Part shown: piece after piece, positions 54,325 to 64,000 of the stretch | How the letters are laid out: each line of letters begins with the position of its first letter | Numbering within the stretch: the stretch's first letter is position 1 | From: Antedon mediterranea | Taxonomy: Eukaryota > Animalia > Echinodermata | NCBI RefSeq assembly: GCF_964355755.1 | Contig: NC_092679.1 | Coordinates: 2,510,201 to 2,574,200, forward strand | DNA: 64,000 nt | Direction: 5' to 3' | Notes under the pieces: generated by a model | Seen by the model: the letters and a program-made list of their open reading frames with translations, nothing else | Told to the model about the DNA's origin: nothing | Database searches by the model: none | Made by a program: the position numbers and the translations under genes

Positions 54325-55394
54325 GGGTGTCACGAAAGCTCAGACCACGAAAGCTCAGACCCCCTAAGACCTAAGATCACTAAAGCTAAGACCCAACACC
54401 TAAGATTACAAATATTTATCTTTCGCACCTGCCTTGTATTTTAACTCCCAACATTTATTCTGAATACCACACCTTAGAATTGGCACTTTCATGAAAAAGA
54501 ATCACATAAAAAGTAACAAATACATTTTTAAATTGATGATTTTACAGACGTTTTTCTCGCACACAAAATGACTAGCCTACACAGTACAGTAGGCCTACCC
54601 CATGGGCCATGTTCAATGTTTTTGTTTCTATGGAACGTCAAAAGAGCAAAAATTATATAGAGGGCTGAAAACTCTGTGGAGTCCATCTACAGTGTGGATG
54701 GAACAATGTAAAATTAAAATTGTAATGATAATAGTATAATCATGCAAGTACGAAGAAATAAATACTGGCAAATAAATTTTAACTTAAAAGGTTTTTTGTT
54801 TCGTTTTCTTTCTGTTTTTATACTTGTACTATTATTGTTGCTCTTTTGGCGCTCCATAGAAACAAAAACATTGAGCGGGGAGCTCGAGGAGTTACATTAC
54901 AGTATACAAAGAAACACGCCTGTAAAATCATCAATTTAAAGGATTTATTTATTTGTTATGTGTTTCTCCTTCTGAAAGTACTTATAAGTCCTAATTTTAA
55001 AGTGTGGTGTTCAGGATAAAGTTAGTCAACAAATTATTTGGAGTCAAAATACAAGAAAGGCAGGTGCGTAAGAAAAACATCCTCTGAAGCAACACAATGG
55101 AGTAAATATATACCAACAAACAACCCGTCAAGTTTGTTTGTTGTAAAGAAAAAATATACATTTACTCAACGGGCGAAAATAATGTGAGTTTATCTATGTT
55201 TTGCGGTAGTATTAAATTATATTTATGGTAATAAATGAAACCTACTGTGTTTAAAATTATGTATGGATAAACAAGTATTGTTTTTAAGCTGTAGTATATC
55301 TTAGTATTTGTAATCTTAGGTGTTGGGTCTTAGCTTTCGTGATCTTAGGTCTTAGGGGGTCTGAGCTTTCGTGGTCTGAGCTTTCGTGACACCC
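54325..55394. mobile_element. 1070-bp non-autonomous foldback DNA transposon with 10-bp TSD (Mutator-like)
   Basis: CCACCTCAGT|GGGTGTCACGAAAGCTCAGACC...GGTCTGAGCTTTCGTGACACCC|CCACCTCAGT; ~89-bp near-perfect TIRs plus imperfect inner inverted arms. Confidence 0.92.
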
Positions 55395-56299
55395 CCACCT
55401 CAGTGGCAGGAGAGGTCACTCTTAAAAAGTGATGAAATAAAAAAAAAAATATAATTGTGACCCTTTTGCAGACAAGTGTGATGGAACAAGAATAGAGACA
55501 AATTTACACCGCACAGTTTGCGTATAAGTATGCGCTCACAATAAATCACACTTACAACACACACAGTAATAAGCTTTCACTCGCTCAACAATTCATTATT
55601 TTATGCCGTCTTTAAAAACGCTAACACGAATAAAGATTAGACATGGAGAATATTCACAAAGAAATTAAAAATAAGTATGCCTAGAGGCCACATGGATACT
55701 GATATATGCACTTGGTATATGAATGAGACAGATTACTAAAACTGGGTGTATTACTAAGTCCTGGATTTATTGTTGCAATGGATAAGCCTATGGTACCCCA
55801 TGAACCGGAACCATAAAAAAAAAAATTACATTCCAGATAATATGTATTTTGAATTATAACAAAACTCAGAAATACAGTGTTAATTTTAAATGCTTACTAC
55901 ATCTTTCATACTACTAATTAGTAAAAACATTTTCCTCTGGTTTCGATTAGTATATTGATAATAATAATATGTAATTACTATATATCTACTGCTGTTTTTA
56001 TTATGAATGTTTTCAGCTTTTGTGGTAGTTATAATTTTTATAAATATAATGTAAAATTTTATTTAAAAAATTAATATCTAAATCTAATTAACAAAACAAA
56101 AAATAATATCTTGGATTTATCAGGCACTTGTGAAACCTCTACGCGTAGTATATATTATTTAATTACCCCAGTCATTGGATCAAACATGTATGGAAACAAA
56201 CTCCCATAACTATTGCAGCAGCTACTGTAGTAATCTGTGTAGATAATGTGGACACTGTAATTGTTGGAACAGTACAATACTATTATAAGGCCTGAGCTC

Positions 56300-56382
56300 A
56301 GTTACTGGACACCGGAAAGGATTTGAACCTACTAAACCTTGTACAAGGTTCAACGCACAGACCGTGACTACCACCACTAGTT
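56300..56382 (-). mobile_element. Degraded tRNA-derived SINE head
   Basis: Minus strand has TAGTGGTGGTAG (A-box-like) and GGTTCAAATCC (B box). Similar relics occur at ~12255-12315 and ~31488-31545. Confidence 0.4.
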
Positions 56383-57040
56383 GCCAATTGATTTTAATGC
56401 GATCAGTAAGTTGTACAGTCGATTAGGATTATCGTGAAATCATAGATGAAATAGGGAAACTTGAGATGTAATAGGCCAGGCCAGAATGAGTTGAGAGAAT
56501 GTGTTTACTTTTTAATCTACTCAGATACATGGAACATCGCAAGCCTACTTAGTGGCTAGCCTACAGCTATTGTTTGTAACATAAACAACTGAGTGTTTAT
56601 ATCTTTCTGCTTCTTTTGTGATGGTGTATAGACGTTGTTTACACTAGGTTTGTCAGAGCTATTGATAGTAGCAAGTTGATTAAAGGCATGGAGGTACTGA
56701 AAACAAATATATTGTGTGATTTCACTTGTTCTATTTGTATACTCTATAAACATTGCCAAAGATCGATTATTTATGAAAACACTGTAAGTTAACCTACTTC
56801 TGTAGATATAAGAAAGTCACAACAATCAAATAAAAAGAAAATTAAAAAATCAGTGTCTGAAAAAATTCTACAAATTATGGAATTAAATATTGGAAAAAAT
56901 TACTCCTCTCTAAATTTAAATTCACTCAATATTTTGTTTAACTGTTAAATTAACCTAAGCATTACAAAATTATATCTACTATATTAAATAAATTAAAAGG
57001 AGAGGGGAAGGGTGGTTTAGTACTCTGGTACTGTAGGGTA

Positions 57041-57169
57041 AGCTATGTCTACACTATTAGTCACTACTAGTTTGATAAAAAAGTGTGATGTGCCCAAATA
57101 TGGTAGTGATATTCCTAAATATGGTTCATACTGGCACATCACATAATGTTTGATAGTGTAGACAGAGCT
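57041..57169 (+). mobile_element. MITE family A, copy 12
   Basis: agctatgtctacacta...tttgatagtgtagacagagct. Confidence 0.88.
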
Positions 57170-57564
57170 TTACAGTTTGATCTAGGTTCACTGTTTATTG
57201 TAATATTTCCTCCATGGTTCATGTTTTTCTTTTTTTCCTCTATCACTTTTTGTTTGTTTTGTGTACTGTACAGTACATATCTTATCTTTTATGTATCCAA
57301 ATAAATAATTGTATATTGTTCATTACTTAAAAATGTATGTCATATTCACAAAGCAAAAAGTATTTTGGTTTATCCACGTATTTTGAAAGCGCTAAATGTT
57401 GACGTCGTTTCTTACGGAATAATTATATGGTAATTGTATTTTTCTGTCCATTACATATCGATTCTAAACACGAGGTTTTTGACATTCGGATATCCTGCAG
57501 AATGCGTTACAAGATGACATTTACAAAATTAAAATAAAATTTTGAAATGATTATTATTACTTAC

Positions 57565-57615
57565 CAAGCTGTCGAGTTCTTCGTTGCTTGAAAAATATTG
57601 CTTATCTCCCCGAGC
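57565..57615 (-). CDS. Meis: Meis 51-nt exon (ARGDKQYFSSNEELDSL)
   Basis: tttcttag|GCT...TTG|gtaagt, phase 0-0; homologous to Meis IRAEKPLFSSNPELDNL. Not in the ORF track. Confidence 0.95.
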
Positions 57616-58604
57616 CTAAGAAAAAAAGACCCCCAAAAATAGATCGTTAATAAGCTTATCATCAGTAAACTGTTAAATGTGACAATCCAACCATTTATGT
57701 AAGTATATACTCAATGTTAGCAGTTAACAAATGTTATAGCATGTTGATGGCATGCTTTTCAAAAGTGAAATGAGTAACGCGCCATAATATTGTCAAAAAT
57801 TAATACTGTATATATATATATCAAAATTATGCTAGAATCAAAAGATGAATGACATTCTTTTGGTTCCAGCAGGAATAATATCGTAAATAATAGATGTAGT
57901 ATAATTTCTCATCTCCCTAACCCTACCCCACAGAAGAAAACTTCACAAAAATTACAATGCTTTAGTCCTAAAATAAGGCCCCATAAAAAAATTATTATTT
58001 TATCACGCTATCCCCAGTTCAAAACTGATGAGGAAGGGAGGTTTTTTTGTTTTTTTTTAAATTCCTACCCCAGTGTTTTGCTGGTCAGTCTTGCCAATTT
58101 CTAAAAATAGAAATGTCACTAAAAGACTGTCTACTGCCGCTTTTTATTGAGTTCTAAGATTTATTATGTCGACGGCCTACAATTTGTGTATATACTGTAT
58201 ATATATTTTTTAGTATCTTCACCCAGATACAATGTGACCCATTTATAAAAATTAACAAACAAATTCTAATAATTTTTCTGCGGTAATAATAAATAATTTC
58301 TTGCAATGCTACAGACGTGTTGCCTGTGGCCTAATTTGGCCATTACAGCAAGAGTGCGTTACTCTCACATGCAAGGTTACGCAAACGGTCTTTGTTCTTC
58401 AAATTGGTCCTGGGTCTCCAAAGATTCTTATCATCATTAAAATTATGACCTAAAGTATTATAGAATTTATTCATTAAGCTATACAAACAGATACAGGAAG
58501 TTCTTTGTCTATAATTGGGTACTTATTAAGGATTTTAAAAGATATAAATACATACTATGGATTTAGCAGTAAAGAGGATTTTAATAACCTATTATTAGTT
58601 GTTC

Positions 58605-59340
58605 AAGTTACAGAACAACATCTAGTTGTTGAAATTACAGAACAACATCTAATGTACAACAGAACAACATTTAAATGTAGTTAAAAAACATGGAATAATT
58701 TAATTAACCAATTTAAATAATAGCAAATCAATTCATCATTCACCGATTTTTAAATTGTAATTATTGAATAATTGTATTTCCAGAAACAAACAACATTTAC
58801 AATTTTACTTATTTAATAAAACTTAAGTTTAAAAAAGTATTTCAATTCAATTCATTTTTTAATTCGGAAATTCACATGGTCGTTACAAAGAGAACAAAAA
58901 TGTTAGTTAAAACGAATAAGTATAGATATATTATATATATTTTACTACTGTATATCACAAACTGAATGCCATTCCAAGTTAAACTAAATTTACTTGGAAT
59001 GTATTAATTGTACCTAAACAGAACAACATCTAAATGTAGTTAAAAAAACAAATTAATTAATTAACAATTAAATAATAGCAAATGAATTTGACATCAGTTG
59101 CTTTTTAAATTGTAATGTAATTGTAATTATTAAATAATAATTGTGCATGCATAGAGTCTACCTCTATTTTTATACCTAGACGAACATCTAAATGTAGTTA
59201 AAAAACAAATAATTTTATTAACCAATTGGATTAATATAATAGCAAATCAATAACTCTAATTTTAAATTGTAATTATTGAATAATATTAAGTGTGCCTACA
59301 TAGAGTCTACAGTATCTGTATTTTTAATTAATCTATTCTC
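58605..59340. repeat. Local triplication of a ~110-nt AT-rich block
   Basis: aacatctaaatgtagttaaaaaac..attaac..aatagcaaat..ttttaaattgtaat at ~58661, ~59020 and ~59182. Confidence 0.8.
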
Positions 59341-59989
59341 TATTTCTATTTTTAATTCATCTATTATTCCCAAATGATTGAATTTCTTCAAGAATTAATT
59401 TAGTAAAGGATGAAGCCTTTATTGACATTTCAATTGAGTTTTAATTAAATAGATAATTTTGTTAGAATAGATAATTAGTGATGGATTGTATTAATTAGAA
59501 TTTGTTTGAGATTGTGAACAACTTAACTTGACAATGCCATTGTTAATTGACCTATAAAGGGTATATTATCACATCTCAAGTGCTACTAAGTATGTACTGT
59601 AATATAAAGTTATTAAGGGCATAATTTACAGTGGTACTACAAACTGTATATAGCCACAATACTGAAAACCTATTTTTTCCTGGATACTACAGTAGTAGCT
59701 GTATCACAATTTTCGCTATCTAAAAATACCAGAGCTACGTAGTACAGTATGCAAAAACAATATTTCTAGTTTTATGATAATTGTTTTTTTAAAATAATTT
59801 TTGTATTTTTTTTTATGGATAATGACTGTGTGTAAAAATATAAATTCTTGTATTCTTTACTATAGATAGACATTAATAAATGTTGTTGTTAAGGTGTTTC
59901 CTAGTAAAAATGCTTGACACTGTATGTTGCTATATATACTGCTTTAAGTTTTTATACACCTGGGTGAATAAACAAAAAGAAGCATTTAC

Positions 59990-60137
59990 CTGTACTTGTT
60001 TCGCAAAGACCTGAATATCTTCGTTGAAAGATTCTGATGAACATACGTCCGCTCCCGTGACCCCTGGTTCACGCGGCGTACATGTTGCTAACTCGCATTT
60101 TTCAAATATCAACGCTAACAATGGAAATAGGGGGTGA
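59990..60137 (-). CDS. Meis: Meis exon, MEIS-A domain ([47 protein letters not shown][VQ])
   Basis: Acceptor tttttcag|T CAC CCC (phase 2). Donor CAG|gtaaat ends the exon at 59990; the alternative donor CAA|gtacag ends it at 59996 (142 nt). Confidence 0.95.
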
Positions 60138-60844
60138 CTGAAAAACAAAATTTAAAAAAAATTATATATTTATAACATATTTAATGATGTAAATAAATAA
60201 GAAATTTTCATTTCCATAAAAATAAGTAATTTGAATCGAAATAATCAATAGAATAAAAAATGTAATTATATTTTCATATCAATAAAGGCAGTTTTTCCAC
60301 AATATTTGAATAAAATTGGATGAATAAAAGTAAGATTATTAATGATTTATGGCATTTTATGAGACAAATGGTTACTGCCCTACGGAAATGTGCATTTATA
60401 GCCAATTTACGACAAACACAAATTTTACAATTTAATTTAATTTTTACTATAACACTCGTTTGGCCTGTTCAGTAATAAATTACACAATTCTCCACCGGTT
60501 TAAACAAGCCATCGTTAATATAAAAAAAAAACCTGTTTCTATCTTGAAATCAGAATTAAAAGCTGGTAAAAAAGATATATAAATGAAAAATATGCCAGGT
60601 CGGCTGACTGTGTGCAATAAATAATGACTTTTACATTGAAGTCGTTCGAACCAGTTCCCTTCGACCTGTTTCCATTTCAATACATAATGCATTAATTCCA
60701 TAAATTTCACTGGACAGTGTTAAAAAAAGCTAAATAAATTATATGACTCTCTCTACTAGTAAATGATAATTTTATATAATAATGATATCAATATTATCAT
60801 AACAATGTTTTCTAGGAGTTTTTGCATTTTGAAGTTGCTTTTAA

Positions 60845-60984
60845 AGCTCTGCCTAACACTATCAAACTGTATGTGATTGTGAGGAAACAATTTTCCCATA
60901 TATTATATGGACATGATGACATCATATCACTACCATATTTGGACACATCACACCTTTTTTGTCATCTAGTTTATAGAGTAGACA
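60845..60984 (-). mobile_element. MITE family A, copy 13 (reverse, degenerate)
   Basis: agctctgcctaacactatcaaact..tatcactaccatatttggacacatcacac. Confidence 0.82.
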
Positions 60985-63900
60985 ATTCAGTTCCACCAGC
61001 CACTATTATACTGTTATTTTAAGTCAAATCAAGTCAGAATTTAAAGTCCCAAAGCATACCAATATTTTTTTATTTATTATTAATAATAATATTTAATGTC
61101 AAATTTATTCGGAAATGAAAAGGGTGTCTGTTTAGGAAAGTTGACAGATAAAGGAAAAACCATTATATTTCAAGTATATACCGGTAAGTACGTACTACAT
61201 AAAGCAGTGTAATACTTAAGTATGTGATCTTACAGTATATGATTTATTATATAAAAATAGATAATTATACAGTACATGTTGTTATTAGTTCAGAAAAAGA
61301 ATAGTAGAATTAGAACACATTGAAGGGCATCTTAAACATCATAATGATAGTCCTCCCACAGCATATAAATTGAAGGTCTAACTAACATTGAAAAATTGAA
61401 AATTGAGAGTAAATTAACAACAAAAGGTCACAGAAGTTCACCTACAAACTGTAACTGATGAATTTAAAAATGTTGGTGGTGCCATAAATGCTACGCGCGT
61501 TTACAGAAGACGAATATGAGGTCATCCGAGGTCATATCAGAATGACACACTTCCGCATGTTGTTAAGCTGAGTAATCAGAAAGTTTTTAAACTATACTTT
61601 TCTGATAGATATTACGTTTTTTACGTTTTTAACAAACTTAAAAACAAAAATCGAAAATAAGACAAAAATTGACTGTAGTGTAAATAATCTATTGATGTAC
61701 TTTACAGCATTATGGGCACAGATCTAAATTCATAAAATAAATTTTTTTTTATTTACAAGAGGGTTAAATTATTGTAACCATACACACCCAAGAGTGTGCT
61801 AATGTTGTATATTGAAAACACATACAGTAGTAATACATACAACATATTGTTGTCTTGTAATTAGTCAATGATTGTAATTAGTCAAAAAACAAACATAAAT
61901 GTTAATGATTTCCTGTTACTGAAGTTTTAGAAAAGGCAGACTTCACTACTACAGTACCTGCACTGCCAGCAAATATGATATAAAATTACCTTCACAAATA
62001 TATGAGCATTACTACAGTATATGTTAGTACACAGTACACAGTTAGTATGGACAGTATACATTTTCAGTACTTGAAAAAGTTATACTACAGTGTATGTTAG
62101 AAATTAATTAATTAATTAATGGACCAAATTCAGTACTATCAATAATACTTCAGGAGGTCGTGGATACAGGGTACACCCAATTTATTTTCCATGCACCTAT
62201 GTTAACATAGTATACATTACAGTGATCACTTTTTTGGCTTCTAGGCCTGATATTTTCAAAGTATAATGTGCAATTTATGAAGACTTTATTTTTCAAATTT
62301 TTCTAAGGTCAGCCCAAGGAAGGGGTTGGCAGTATTTACAATTCCTCAATCACCTCCCCTCCCCAGACAGCAACCAGCCTACACCTCTGATACTGCTAGG
62401 AAAATAAAATACATTAGCTGTCTGTCTTTTAAACCCATTACCAGTGAACTCTGAATATATCTCTATTTATTATCAATACTATCTATAGCAATAGCAATAT
62501 AATGATATTTGTTATAAAACAGATGTTTCTATTATTTTAACATTTTAACTATCAGCAATTTTAACATCATTATCAATACCTCGAGCAACATTATAGAAAA
62601 ATTCATATTTGGTATCGTTTTATTATAAATTTAAGTTTGCTATATAGTACTATGTTAATGTGCTCACAAAGCATCTCACCGGCTAAAAGAATTTTAGTGT
62701 CACATCATTTTAAAATCCTAAGCTGATATATTTCATGAGAGCAATAAACCTTGAAGATTAGTAGCTTTAGAAAATGTTTCCAAAGAGAAAAAGTTGAGAG
62801 AAAACATCAAAACATGAAGAATCCATTTCTATTCTATAATAAAGATACTACTGAACAGTAAAATACATTTATATTGCTATATACTTTTTTACATTCACAC
62901 AATTTGGATATCATCCCAAATTGCTATCATGATGTTCAGCTTTTATTAAACATAAACTTTTACAACTATATAAAAAATATCAGCCAATAAACTTACTGGT
63001 ACTACAACCACGGAAGAGAAAAACTACATAACATATTCTAATTTTAGTCTGTTAAATCCAAGAAGTGGCTAAAGTTATATGTATTTTAAAATAAAATTAA
63101 GGATTATTTTAGCAAGCAAATATCTTTGAAGGATTATCTATAGCAATAAAAAATATCAATATTTTGTTTTCTTTAAAAGGGCAGTTTTAAACAGTACAGT
63201 AAACCAATTGTAAAACCTATCAATTTTAAAACCTCTAGCATTCTAATAATAGTACAGTACAGTAGCTTGGCACAATATCTGCAAGCCATTAAAAGACTCC
63301 ACCACAAAAGTGTTGGCACTCAGCCTTTCCTTTACAGGTACACCCATGTCAAACACATATGGTAGGCCTACCTACAGGACAGTACCTTTTAGAACCTATT
63401 TAAACTTTGGAAAAACAATTAGAGCTTTTAGAATCCCTTTTTGTATCTTTCTGGCCTTCTATATTTCTATTTTTGCATGTACAGTAGTGTCCAGTAAGTT
63501 TATTAGTTTATTATCAATGTCATAAACATTCATTGCAAAAGTCTATTCCTCCTACAGTATGTATAAAATATCAAGTAGCACTATTCCTCCTCCTATACTA
63601 TCTATTAACATTCAGTAAGTGGTATTCTTATTATTGCAGAGTAGACACAATTAAGCCGCATTAAGGTGCCCAATTCCTCCTCAAGGAAGTTCTTGGCAGT
63701 CAAATTTACCCATTGAAGTGCTATTGGATTATATAGGCTACCACATATAGTGCTTACAAACAATTAAACAAAAACAGCCCATACTAAAAACAAAGATTTT
63801 GAGGCTTCAGATATTTTGGACCAGCGTAAAGCTATCCGATGGGAAAATATACTGCTGTAACAATTTCTAGGTATATTGGACATTTAATTGATAAATAAAC

Positions 63901-64000
63901 TGGTTTGATTCGATCGACAGCTTCCATTTTCCGGTTAAAGCTAACAGTCTGCTTACTCAGGGGGTATTAAAACCTATCGCATTACCAATTCTAGGCTTGA

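Larger units (their letters stand above)
5577..60137 (-). other. Meis: Meis/homothorax TALE-homeobox gene, internal portion (extends beyond both window ends)
   Basis: Seven exons join in phase into [23 protein letters not shown]...[46 protein letters not shown]...[61 protein letters not shown] is Meis-type rather than Pknox/Prep-type. Intron positions match the known vertebrate Meis structure. Confidence 0.97.

Noticed and set aside
60138-64000. Search for upstream Meis exons or a promoter
   Set aside because: No KRDKDAIY-type exon or promoter recognised; treated as intron.

Overview
AT-rich animal genomic DNA, probably from an invertebrate bilaterian (a deuterostome is a guess). The whole window lies inside one large minus-strand Meis/homothorax (TALE homeobox) gene. 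Seven canonical coding exons have GT-AG boundaries and consistent phases. They run from the MEIS-A/B (HM) domain to the first two homeobox exons, at 60137-59990, 57615-57565, 54023-53973, 50493-50332, 25512-25377, 13444-13299 and 5653-5577; the 5' and 3' exons were not found and appear to lie outside the window. An additional in-frame 84-nt exon, absent from the ORF track, is predicted at 33671-33588, and two exons have tandem donors 6 nt apart. The introns hold 13 copies of a Harbinger-like MITE, an inverted pair of TTAA-TSD elements flanking a homeobox exon, and a 1.07-kb foldback element with a 10-bp TSD. They also hold a Deu/Nin-domain tRNA-SINE with an internal minisatellite, a LINE 3' end inside a minisatellite, tiny P-type footprints, several minisatellites, and clusters of TALE-binding motifs. 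There is no prokaryotic-type system or CRISPR array, and almost all ORF-track entries are spurious.
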